A stretch of 64,000 bases of DNA from an uncultured Nitrospiraceae bacterium. GTDB taxonomy: Bacteria > Nitrospirota > Nitrospiria > Nitrospirales > Nitrospiraceae. Made by a program: the position numbers and the translations under genes. Below, piece after piece: positions 39,889-48,524 of the stretch; positions within the stretch are counted from its first letter, which is position 1, and each line of letters starts with the position of its first letter. The DNA lies in NCBI GenBank assembly GCA_963846575.1, contig CAWJWJ010000002.1, forward strand, positions 1,664,001 to 1,728,000, written 5' to 3'. The notes beneath the pieces were generated by a model. It saw only the letters and a program-made list of their open reading frames with translations, was not told the DNA's origin and made no database searches.

Positions 39889-40335
39889 TTAGCAGTTGGC
39901 GGATGGCGCGATGTGCCGAATGTTCTTGCCTTCGACCATATAGACGACCGGTTCGCCTATGTTCGTCGTGTGGTCGGCCATGCGTTCGAGCGACTTGGCC
40001 ACGAAGGTCAGCCGGATCGCTCGGGTGATGGTCGGCGTATTTTCCAGCATAAAGGAGAGCAGTTCCCGAAACAACTGTTCATTCAACCCGTCCACGACAT
40101 CATCGTCGGCGCACACCTTGCGGGCCAACATCGGATCGGAATTGACGAACGCATCCAGGCATTCCTTCACCATGCGCATCGTCCAGTTGGCCATGCGAGG
40201 CATGTCGATATAGGGTTTCAGCTGAGGATCGACGAGCGCCCTCAGGGCCTGCTCTATCTGTGACTCAACGAGGGAGCCCATCGCGAGCAGTTGCCGTTTG
40301 AGATGCGCGAGATCCTGGTCGAAATGTCGTTGCAT
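39889..40335 (-). pseudogene. phoU: phoU with a large in-frame internal deletion (148 aa)
   Basis: MQRHFDQDL...ALVD is joined directly to PQLKPYID...; the QPxAxDLR and first ERxxD segments are absent. Confidence 0.8.
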
Positions 40336-40352
40336 GAGACGGCTGCTCCAGA

Positions 40353-40415
40353 TTATCCGAACCGGCCGGTGATGTAGTCTTCGGTTCGCTTGTCTCGCGG
40401 CGTCGTGAAAATGGT
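40353..40415 (-). pseudogene. pstB: 3' remnant (20 codons) of pstB
   Basis: Translates TIFTTPRDKRTEDYITGRFG*, the PstB C-terminus, directly upstream of phoU; preceded by an in-frame TAA. Confidence 0.88.
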
Positions 40416-40484
40416 TTAGACGAGGAAGGCCAGGCCGAACACGCATGCTGCCCGAACGCGACCCACAGAAATTTCGAACCCGGC

Positions 40485-40721
40485 TTACCCAATTGCCAGG
40501 AGGGACTGTTTGGTCGAAACCCGTTCGATTTCATATTGAAACCCTCTACGAAGCAGAATAATCCTCCGTTGGCGGCTCAGCTCATCGACGGTTTTGAACA
40601 CTTGATTCCAGGTGAGTTCCGGGAGGAGCGCGACGACCTGCTCCAGAGTCAAGGACTGCCGCGCCCGCAGCAAATCAAGAATACGGGACTCACCTTCGAC
40701 GGAGATAGATGGATGGACCAT
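40485..40721 (-). CDS. Small winged-helix-like hypothetical protein
   Basis: GGAGGAG RBS; LTLEQVV..LPELTWNQVF..VD.LSR pattern. Confidence 0.7.
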   Translation of the reverse strand: MVHPSISVEGESRILDLLRARQSLTLEQVVALLPELTWNQVFKTVDELSRQRRIILLRRGFQYEIERVSTKQSLLAIG

Positions 40722-40831
40722 GACGCTCCTCCCGGTTAGACGGCCTCGACCCCTACGCTGCCATCCTTCCTCCTGCCTGGTATCCCTGACATCAGCGCCC
40801 TCTCAATTTTGAGTTAACTTTCCGGCAGCCC

Positions 40832-41380
40832 TCAGATCTCTTCCCCCGCGCACGGAGAGCCTTTGCCGGCGGCTTCACCGTGCGCCGGTGAGCAGCGCAC
40901 CGCAACGACCCGCACGGCGCCTAATGTCAGAAGGATCGCTCCCAGGAGCAATAACTTCGTCTGGTCGGCCTCCTTGAACCAGAGGGAAATGATCTCCGTC
41001 AACATGACCACCAGAATGGTATCCACGATGAACGTCACCTTCACTCGCCCCTCTGAAAAATAGGTCACGGTGGTCTTGAAGACTTCGACCACCGCCAGCA
41101 GAATCAATGTGTCGACAATGATCTGCCGCAGCCCGACTTCGACCGGGCCATGGAACATCAATCCGATATCCAGGAAGGTCTTGATCACGCCTCCGGTCAG
41201 CGCGATAAGGATGGTCAGGATCAGCAGGCTCAAGACCGCCTTGATACCTTTCATCCACAACTCGGTGAGATCCCACTCGAGCACGCGGCCGGCCAGCTCG
41301 GAATAACGATGCATGCGGGGTTGCAGATTCGTGAAGGTCATGCGCAACGGCTCCTTGTAGGGACTCATGAGTTTGTCCAT
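40832..41380 (-). CDS. Phosphate-starvation-inducible PsiE family membrane protein
   Basis: Four TM segments, L.LL..VEVF.T...YF motif; Pho context. Confidence 0.82.
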   Translation of the reverse strand: MDKLMSPYKEPLRMTFTNLQPRMHRYSELAGRVLEWDLTELWMKGIKAVLSLLILTILIALTGGVIKTFLDIGLMFHGPVEVGLRQIIVDTLILLAVVEVFKTTVTYFSEGRVKVTFIVDTILVVMLTEIISLWFKEADQTKLLLLGAILLTLGAVRVVAVRCSPAHGEAAGKGSPCAGEEI

Positions 41381-41396
41381 ATCTCGGGCACTCGCG

Positions 41397-41516
41397 TCAG
41401 CGGTCCTTGATCAGCAGAGCCGACCAGAGCGCCATGAACAGCGCAACGAGCAACAACATCGAGACGAAAAACGTGCCATTCGATGATGCCGACATCGAAA
41501 ATTCCGCAATAGGCAT
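41397..41516 (-). CDS. Unannotated 39-aa single-TM protein
   Basis: AAGGAGG RBS; MPIAEFSMSASSNGTFFVSMLLLVALFMALWSALLIKDR. Confidence 0.7.
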   Translation of the reverse strand: MPIAEFSMSASSNGTFFVSMLLLVALFMALWSALLIKDR

Positions 41517-41570
41517 GAACGACCTCCTTGGTTGACTCAGTGATGTCTGAACGGACTGACGGCTGATCGA

Positions 41571-41625
41571 AGTCTACGGCTGCACTGTTCCATCGACCTC
41601 ACTGATCGGTTACGAACCTGTTACT
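41571..41625 (-). promoter_or_regulatory. Pho-box-type promoter (sORF-psiE)
   Basis: AGTAAC, CGTAAC, AGTGAG, TGGAAC at 11-bp pitch, N10, TAGACT. Confidence 0.75.
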
Positions 41626-41719
41626 TCCTACGGCGACAGTCCTGGGCTCCATGTGGATCTCATCCGTGAGGTAGCCGGATGATCCTGCAGGTACGCCGAC
41701 GGACTCTGAACGGAGAAAA

Positions 41720-41774
41720 GTTAACAAGGAGTTAACAACCTGCTAATAGGCCAGCAATTCCCACGTCATATCCT
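41720..41774 (+). promoter_or_regulatory. Pho-box-type promoter (pstS)
   Basis: GTTAAC, GTTAAC, GCTAAT, AGCAAT at 11-bp pitch, N10, TATCCT. Confidence 0.8.
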
Positions 41775-41855
41775 GTCACATCTCAAGAACGCCAATCCGA
41801 CGAGAGGGGTCGCAATACAGTGAGACGTTTCATCAATTTCTTACGGAGGGGTGAT

Positions 41856-43025
41856 ATGAAGAGAGCCCAGGAGACAGGTTCCGGATGGCGCCAGAGCGCT
41901 CGATTGGGCGTCACGGCGTTGGCCGCGACCGCCATGCTGGCCCTCTCGGGTGGATTGGCGGTCGCGGAACATGCCGGCCTTGGCGGTGATGGACGGCCGG
42001 CCGTCGATCCCGCGATCGAACCCTACACGAATCACAACGGTCTGCACGGCAAATTCAGCATTGCCGGCTCGGATACGATGCAACCGCTGATGTCCAAGTT
42101 GTCCGCCCAGTTTATGAGCCTGCACCCCGGGGTGGAGATTGCCGTCGAAGGGACGGGGTCGGGTGCCGCCATCCGGGAGTTTCAACTGGGCCTATCCTAT
42201 CAACGTCGTGGCGATAAGGTGCGCGGACGGGGAACCGGGGGGTCCAATCAGGTAGACCTGCTGGCCTCCTCCCGGCAGTTGACGGAAGAAGAACAGCGGG
42301 GGATCGAGTCCAGCCATGGGTCCCGTGCCCTCGAGGTCCCGATTGCAATGGACGCGGTCGCGATCTATGTGCACCAAAGCAATCCGATCCGGCAGCTCTC
42401 GTTGAACCAGATCGACGGCATCTTCAGCAAAAGCCACAAGCGCGGGACCGGACCCATTACCCAGTGGAGCCAGGTGGGACTGACGGATTCAGCGTTAGGG
42501 CAACAACCCATTCACATCTACGGACGTGACAAACGATCCGGCACCAGACAATTCTTCCAACATGTCGCGCTCAAGGACGGGGAACTGTTGGACACCGTGA
42601 CGGAGCAACCAGGCTCCGCATCCGAAATCATCGCGATCGCGCGGGACCCTCTCGCCATCGGTTATGCAGGGACCGGATTCAACATAGCCGCCGTGCGCCA
42701 GGTTCCGATTGTGGCAGAGGCTGGCCAAAACGCCGTCTTGCCTTCGATGGAGACCGTCACCTCCGGTTCCTATCCACTGGGCCGTTCCCTCTATGTCTAT
42801 GTGAAGAGAAATTCCAAAGACGCGCTGGATCCGTTCGTGGCGGAGTTTCTGTCCTTTGTGAACAGCCGTCAGGGACAAGAGACCGTAATACGCGCCAGCA
42901 TGTTCCCCCTCACCGGCCCGCAGGTGGCTAAGAATCTGGCTGAGTTGGGACTTCGAAAAGGTGCCATGGTCAATGTCCCGGAGAACGGGCAGAGTCTCCG
43001 GGTGGCGGAGGAGGCGGGACGATAA
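41856..43025 (+). CDS. pstS: PstS-family phosphate-binding periplasmic protein (no adjacent permeases)
   Basis: Signal peptide; IAGSDT, GSG, SSR, DAVAIYV, RDKRSGT, YPLGRSLY. Confidence 0.88.
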   Translation: MKRAQETGSGWRQSARLGVTALAATAMLALSGGLAVAEHAGLGGDGRPAVDPAIEPYTNHNGLHGKFSIAGSDTMQPLMSKLSAQFMSLHPGVEIAVEGTGSGAAIREFQLGLSYQRRGDKVRGRGTGGSNQVDLLASSRQLTEEEQRGIESSHGSRALEVPIAMDAVAIYVHQSNPIRQLSLNQIDGIFSKSHKRGTGPITQWSQVGLTDSALGQQPIHIYGRDKRSGTRQFFQHVALKDGELLDTVTEQPGSASEIIAIARDPLAIGYAGTGFNIAAVRQVPIVAEAGQNAVLPSMETVTSGSYPLGRSLYVYVKRNSKDALDPFVAEFLSFVNSRQGQETVIRASMFPLTGPQVAKNLAELGLRKGAMVNVPENGQSLRVAEEAGR

Positions 43026-43067
43026 CGACACGAGATCCATCCTATTCCGATCGCGTGCCGGGAACAG

Positions 43068-43105
43068 GGGAGCGTTCTGACCTCGTGAGAACGCTCCCTT
43101 TTTTT
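43068..43105 (+). terminator. Rho-independent terminator
   Basis: GGGAGCGTTCT-N9-AGAACGCTCCC followed by T7. Confidence 0.9.
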
Positions 43106-43204
43106 GCGCATGTCTGGTAGCATGCGTCCCGTCGGTGTTCACGCACGTCGTGGGGCATCGATCACCGAGACCCGTCCGACGAGTCGTTCACTGGAGATGA
43201 ACCC

Positions 43205-43900
43205 ATGAACAGAGTTCTCGTTCGAGCCCTGCTCACACTCACGTTCGTCACTTTGGCCGCGCAGGCGGGATGCAACAGCGCTCCGCCGCCGCGCACCTCC
43301 TATCAGGACCCGATTACCTCCATCAGATTGTATGTCGACGAGCGTGCCGGCGCCGGACACAGCCACCCGGCCCGGATTACGGCGGATCAACTGGCTCAGA
43401 CGCTCGGCGGCCTCCGGGTGATTCCCCGAACGGGATTCATCGGATCGTTGATCTCGGGTGACTCTCATGGCGTCCCGGCCTTCTCGTCAGCCGAGATCCG
43501 CACGCTGGCTCCGAAACTCAGCCGTGCCCTGGGCGAAGCCACTCCGAAGGAACTGGTCACATTCTATCGCCGGATCTCGGATCCCGGCGCGGGTCTGGCC
43601 ATTACCTCCGGAGGCCTGTTCGTGCGAGGCACCCATCTGTTTGTGATCTTAGCCAATGACCGCACCCTTCCAACTGACGGTATGAACCAGAACATGGTCT
43701 CGGACTTCGATCCGGTGGACAGTCCTTTGATCCCCATCTCCCGGACCAGCTTCCACGTCGATTTCATTCCCGCCACCGCCGTCGTCCCGGAACACCAACG
43801 CGAATCATGGCCCTACATCGATGACGGCAGAATCCTGGCGATCGACCTGCGGCAACTCGATCGTCATATGAAATCCCCTCAGCCGGCCATTGGCCACTAG
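43205..43900 (+). CDS. Hypothetical lipoprotein
   Basis: Lipobox AQAG-C; GGAG RBS. Confidence 0.75.
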   Translation: MNRVLVRALLTLTFVTLAAQAGCNSAPPPRTSYQDPITSIRLYVDERAGAGHSHPARITADQLAQTLGGLRVIPRTGFIGSLISGDSHGVPAFSSAEIRTLAPKLSRALGEATPKELVTFYRRISDPGAGLAITSGGLFVRGTHLFVILANDRTLPTDGMNQNMVSDFDPVDSPLIPISRTSFHVDFIPATAVVPEHQRESWPYIDDGRILAIDLRQLDRHMKSPQPAIGH

Positions 43901-44244
43901 ACCGCTTCCACCCCTGTAACTCTGCCCGGAATCGGGGTTCGAACCGAGAGACCACCTCACTCCAGCCCAGTCATGCTACCTGGGCGGCCGGCGAATGATC
44001 GCTGCTCATCTCGTTCCGGCCATTCCTGTCGCAGTCGGCCATCGAACGGCAAGGCAGACATCATTCGGGTCGGGACGTGAGCTGCAGGCGGGTCCTCACC
44101 GTGGGAACAAAGTCCATGGTGATCTCCGGCAAAACGGTTTCCTGTAGGTCCTCGAACGTGCTGTATTTCAGCGGGCGGGCGGGTTGCGGAAGGAGTCCGC
44201 AGCAGTGACTCCGGACTCCTCATGGTCATGGAGTAGAAGACAGG

Positions 44245-45756
44245 CTAGTTCCAGAACCATTGCGCTTGTAAACGCAATTGCGAGGCATCGAACGCCTCCT
44301 GTCGCTGGTTCGTCACTAACGTGCTGTTGAGGCCATCCTTGAAGACCCAGTCGGCACTGAACCGTAAGTGGGTGTCAGGCTCCCAGACCAGACCCAGGTT
44401 CCATGTTCGCGATTGGCCATCCGGAGCGCCATTCAATGATTTGAAGCCTCCATAATATTCCCCGTAGCGAACATAGGGAGTCAACATGCCGACATCGGAA
44501 TAGCGCCAGGTATAATATCCCTGAACGTAGCCGCCCACCACGCTGCTCTCCTCAATGAAATTCGTTTGGCCGTTCCGCTTGGGGCCCCGTCCGACCGTAA
44601 ACTCGGCCAAAACACCCCAGGGTTGCGGAGGGGTCCAGACGTACGCGGTGACGCGCTGATCCTTGATATCGCAGCCCCCTTCGGAACTCAGCGGACTGAT
44701 GCAACGGGCCGCACTGGCCACGTTGGGCTGGCTGGCCCCCTGAACACCGAAGACTCCGTGATAGGCCAGCACCCCGGTTTCTAACAATCGCCCGTTGCGG
44801 AACAGAAAGGGGTAGGCCACCTTAGCCCCGATGTGTTTGTCCTTGTTAAGCTCCAGGCGGTTTCGACTTTGTCCGTTATACACCATGATGCCGAAGACCC
44901 CGTAGTCGCCCGGTCCATTATGGTAGGCCGCCAATTGCGCGAACCGTTCCTGAGCGGTTTTCGGACTCCAGTAATAGGCGATGCCCAGATCCCGTTCTCC
45001 GGGCGCACCGCTCTGGACCGATTCGTGGCGATCCATTTCCTGCCGGTTGGTGCTCGACCGGTAAGTATCAAAGGCATTGGGGACACGATGGAGACCCAAG
45101 CGGATCCGGTTCACTTTATCCTTGGTCAGGTAAAAATCCGAATAGGCGTCGATCATTTCTGCGGCGGATAACTGTTGTTGGTTGCCCTCCAGCGCGAACT
45201 GCGTAAAAAACGCCACCCGTTCCGAAACCTGGCCTTGAAAGACGAGGCGGAGCCGTCTCGCATAAAATTCGTTCCCCTGCTGGTCACCGAAGCTATCGTT
45301 CAACGGCAAATCAAACCGCCTGTCCGTGGCACCCATGTTGTACCTGAATTGCATGTACCCGTTGATCCGTATACGCTCGTACCAGCGAGGATTCCCGGCC
45401 ATCTCTTGTTCCGCCGATTGCTCAAACACGCGGCGTTCTTCTTCGGCCTTCAGACGAATCCAGTCTTCCTGAGTGATGACACCTTTTTCCAGCAGCAGAC
45501 TTTCCAGGGACGTGCTTTCGATCGTGAGATTCTGTCCTGATGTCTCCCGCTCACTCTCCACCGCGGTCGGAATGGTAGATGGATTTCCCTGCAGCGTTCT
45601 CATGGATGGATCGGCGACCGTTGGTGCCTGAGCCAGCAGTCGAGGGCCAACCTGTTCTGAACCCGACCACCCCGGCAGTGGCGCTGCCAACCCCCAGCCT
45701 AGCAGGCAGATTGCCAAGGCAGGTCCCTTCATCACATGCTTCGCACGGTAATCCAT
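44245..45756 (-). CDS. Outer-membrane porin, phosphate-selective OprO/OprP-like
   Basis: AAGGAGG RBS, signal peptide, INGYMQFRY and FYARRLRL strands, aromatic C-terminus. Confidence 0.8.
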   Translation of the reverse strand: MDYRAKHVMKGPALAICLLGWGLAAPLPGWSGSEQVGPRLLAQAPTVADPSMRTLQGNPSTIPTAVESERETSGQNLTIESTSLESLLLEKGVITQEDWIRLKAEEERRVFEQSAEQEMAGNPRWYERIRINGYMQFRYNMGATDRRFDLPLNDSFGDQQGNEFYARRLRLVFQGQVSERVAFFTQFALEGNQQQLSAAEMIDAYSDFYLTKDKVNRIRLGLHRVPNAFDTYRSSTNRQEMDRHESVQSGAPGERDLGIAYYWSPKTAQERFAQLAAYHNGPGDYGVFGIMVYNGQSRNRLELNKDKHIGAKVAYPFLFRNGRLLETGVLAYHGVFGVQGASQPNVASAARCISPLSSEGGCDIKDQRVTAYVWTPPQPWGVLAEFTVGRGPKRNGQTNFIEESSVVGGYVQGYYTWRYSDVGMLTPYVRYGEYYGGFKSLNGAPDGQSRTWNLGLVWEPDTHLRFSADWVFKDGLNSTLVTNQRQEAFDASQLRLQAQWFWN

Positions 45757-45909
45757 TCGTTCCTCCTTGATTGTGGATAATCTACGCTCACAATATGTGC
45801 CACATCCGCGATCGAAACCATCGGCCCGGTGTGGTTGCCGTGCGTGCCGAATGTGCCGCCGTTCTACCACCTGCATATGTCCTTTTGGCTGGAGCCATTT
45901 CACGCGCCG

Positions 45910-45975
45910 AGTATCGTGTGACGGCGTGACGAATCCATCACCGCATTGTTAAGAATCGGTAAACGCCATGTGAAG
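45910..45975 (-). promoter_or_regulatory. Pho-box-type promoter (porin)
   Basis: CTTCAC, GTTTAC, CTTAAC, GGTGAT, CGTCAC at 11-bp pitch, N10, GATACT. Confidence 0.7.
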
Positions 45976-45995
45976 CGGGTAGTCGGGCAGGCAAA

Positions 45996-46050
45996 TGTAA
46001 CGCCCTTGTAACCTCCTGACAACCCGCCGACAACTCATCCCCGGTATGGT
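45996..46050 (+). promoter_or_regulatory. Pho-box-type promoter (regulator)
   Basis: TGTAAC, TGTAAC, GACAAC, GACAAC at 11-bp pitch, N10, TATGGT. Confidence 0.8.
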
Positions 46051-46076
46051 GGGCATCATTCTCGGAAGACTCCACC

Positions 46077-46766
46077 ATGACGGCCTCTACGACCCCCATG
46101 CTCTTCGTGTCCGGCGACCGTTCGGCCGCCCAGTTTTTGGAGCAAGTCTTCAGGAACCAAGGCTATGCGCTGAACATCGCGCCCACCTGGTCGTTGGCGC
46201 AGCAGGAAATCCGGCGGGTGCGTCCCGCCGTGATTCTGCTGGACCGGCAGCTCATCGCCAGGGAAGCCGTGGATCCAAGGCAAATCCATCCTGCCGTTCC
46301 CACCATCGTGCTACAGCCGTTCGACCAGTCCTGCGGCCCCGATGATTGTGTCTCCGACCTCGACGCCGGGTTCGATCTGGTGTTCTGTTCCCCCCGGTAT
46401 CGTGAGCTGATCGCGCACATCAGGGCCATTCTCCGCCGGCAACACATGGAATCGGCCCCGCAGTCGCTGTTGCTGGTCAACGGCATCGCGATGGACATCG
46501 CCCGCCACGAAGTGATGGTGGCGGGACGGCTGGTCGAATTGACTCCGAAGGAGTACCAGATCCTGCGCCAGTTTCTACAGGAACCCGGCGTAGTTTTGAC
46601 CCGGCAAATTCTCCTCGACCGGGTCTGGGGGGAGAATTACGCGCTCGAGGAACATGCGTTGGACGTGCACATCCATTCCTTGCGCCAAAAAATCGAGCCC
46701 GATCCCTCCACGCCCGTCCATGTCATTACGATACGCGGCCTCGGTTATAAACTTCAGGCCAGCTGA
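46077..46766 (+). CDS. Atypical OmpR/PhoB-family response regulator
   Basis: Intact wHTH (LTPKEY, VWG, LDVHIHSLRQKIE, TIRGLGYK); degenerate receiver. Confidence 0.88.
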   Translation: MTASTTPMLFVSGDRSAAQFLEQVFRNQGYALNIAPTWSLAQQEIRRVRPAVILLDRQLIAREAVDPRQIHPAVPTIVLQPFDQSCGPDDCVSDLDAGFDLVFCSPRYRELIAHIRAILRRQHMESAPQSLLLVNGIAMDIARHEVMVAGRLVELTPKEYQILRQFLQEPGVVLTRQILLDRVWGENYALEEHALDVHIHSLRQKIEPDPSTPVHVITIRGLGYKLQAS

Positions 46767-47016
46767 CGTCCATCGACACCCCTGACCCGGTTCCATCCAC
46801 CTCCAGACCCGTGGTCTGCGACGAATTGGAACGTGCACAGTTGGCATCGTGTACCGCACCAGGGCAGGCACTCTCTGCACCGGCACAGGGGTCCTGGTAT
46901 CGTCCGGCAGATGGGATATATGGAGCTCTGGCTCGGTGGAGAGGGGGCTTCGCCGGCTCCCGGGTCACCACCCGGGATAGCGGGAGGTCACCGGGAGACC
47001 TGTTCGACCACGGGAG

Positions 47017-47400
47017 CTAGAATTCATCCACCGAGACCGGCTGCAGGAGGTCACGTACAGACAGCACTCCGACGATCGCCCCGCCTCTCATGACCGCGAG
47101 GTGCCGCGTCCCATGCTGCTGCATCAGATCGGCGGCTTCCGTGATGGGGCGTCGCTCGTCGATCCCAATGACGGGCGTGCTCATGATGGCTTCCACCCGG
47201 ACGAAATAGGGTTGACGGCTCTCTCCCACCACTTTCCTCACGATATCCGGCTCCGTCACGATTCCCACCAGTCGTTCATGTTGCTCGACAAAGAGGCTGC
47301 CGACTCGGCATTCCGTCATCATTCGCGCGGCCTGGTCCACGGAGGTGCCGGCTTGAACCTTCACCAGATCTCTGGTCATCAACTCGCTGATCGTTACCAT
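47017..47400 (-). CDS. Tandem CBS-domain protein
   Basis: ELMTR, VGSL, LVGIVTE.DI, IVGVLSVRDL; GAGGAG RBS. Confidence 0.88.
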   Translation of the reverse strand: MVTISELMTRDLVKVQAGTSVDQAARMMTECRVGSLFVEQHERLVGIVTEPDIVRKVVGESRQPYFVRVEAIMSTPVIGIDERRPITEAADLMQQHGTRHLAVMRGGAIVGVLSVRDLLQPVSVDEF

Positions 47401-47720
47401 GGTGACTCTCCTCTCTTCAGTGTGTAACACGGGATTTTTTGGCACCGGCGGCTCCATCGCGACCCGGCGCTCCGACTTACGGCTCGTCAAGACTCGCGGG
47501 CTGCACCGATCCTGGTCATAGGGACATACGTTCCATTGGCATGGCGCATTCGCAAGATGGGTTACATTTCCTTTCTGTTCATTCCAATGAGTGTTCGCAT
47601 CGCGTACAGGATTGGCGTCCAGGCGAGCGTAAATGAGGCGCCCCTCGCCGGAAGACTGGCCGCTTTGACCATGCGCATGAACTCCTTCCGTTGAATCGCA
47701 CTCTGAGGAATGGCTCCTCA

Positions 47721-47775
47721 AGGCTATCCCGCGAAAGTTCCATCGGCGTCAGGCTTGGGTCAATTATGTGTTACG
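47721..47775 (-). promoter_or_regulatory. Pho-box-type promoter (sORF-CBS gene)
   Basis: CGTAAC, ATTGAC, CCTGAC, TGGAAC at 11-bp pitch, N10, TAGCCT. Confidence 0.7.
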
Positions 47776-47874
47776 TAGTGCCCTGGAACGATATACAGGC
47801 AGAGGCTGCGAGGAGCTGGAGCGGCACGGGCGAGGAGTGCCCATGCCGCGAGAGTCGAAGACGGGCGGGAGAAA

Positions 47875-48450
47875 CTAATCTTTCACGACGAAATGCACGC
47901 TCCGGTTCTTTTGCCAGCAGACCGGATTATGTTGCAGACAGAGGGGACGATCTTTGCCGTAGCTGGTGACATCCACCTGCATTGCGCTGAACCCCAAGGA
48001 TTCAAGATACCGTTTCACCGAGAGGGCCCGTCGTTCTCCCAACACAAGATTGTATTCGGCGGTGCCGACTTCATCGCAACGACCTTCCAGGACCACCCGG
48101 GTCACCTGATGATCCTTCAACCGCTTGGCATTGTCCTCCACAGCCGTGAGGGCATCGTCGCGCAGCACGTATTGATCGAAATCGAACAGCACATCCGGAA
48201 AGGGAATATTCTGTTCCCCGGTGGCATTGCGGGCGGCCATTTCGGTTGATCGAAGGGGAATCGGAGCAGCCTCAGGCGGGGGCGCCATTTCCTGGACCGG
48301 GGCGGCAACAACGCGCTCCTCCGCGCGGGGCTTGGGAGCCGTGGTCGCGGTACCTCCACTGGTGACCGATTTGTTTGCACAGCCGTCAAGAAACAAAGGG
48401 CCGGCGACGGCAAAGAGTCCCAGCAGGACAAATGGACGCAAACGAATCAT
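47875..48450 (-). CDS. Peptidoglycan-associated lipoprotein (Pal/OmpA family)
   Basis: Lipobox LDG-C; FDFD, EGRCDEVGTAEYNLVLGERRA, SYGK. Confidence 0.9.
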   Translation of the reverse strand: MIRLRPFVLLGLFAVAGPLFLDGCANKSVTSGGTATTAPKPRAEERVVAAPVQEMAPPPEAAPIPLRSTEMAARNATGEQNIPFPDVLFDFDQYVLRDDALTAVEDNAKRLKDHQVTRVVLEGRCDEVGTAEYNLVLGERRALSVKRYLESLGFSAMQVDVTSYGKDRPLCLQHNPVCWQKNRSVHFVVKD

Positions 48451-48524
48451 GAAAACCTCCAGCGCAGGTTGGGTTCGTGGATTCTACGGGGCACAGAATA
48501 ATCAAATCGCGCAAGCGAGGCAAG

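Noticed and set aside
40780..40818. Sixth Pho-type array upstream of the 40721 gene
   Set aside because: Only one good hexamer and no -10 box at the 10-bp spacing
43922..43952. GGTTCGAACC stretch resembling a tRNA T-arm or att remnant
   Set aside because: T-stem does not pair in register, no cloverleaf or CCA, no integrase nearby
44061..44195. Protein-like minus-strand frame (LLPQPARPLKYSTFEDLQETVLPEITMDFVPT...) after the porin
   Set aside because: No start codon at the head of the frame and no recognisable family; may be a relic but cannot be supported without a search
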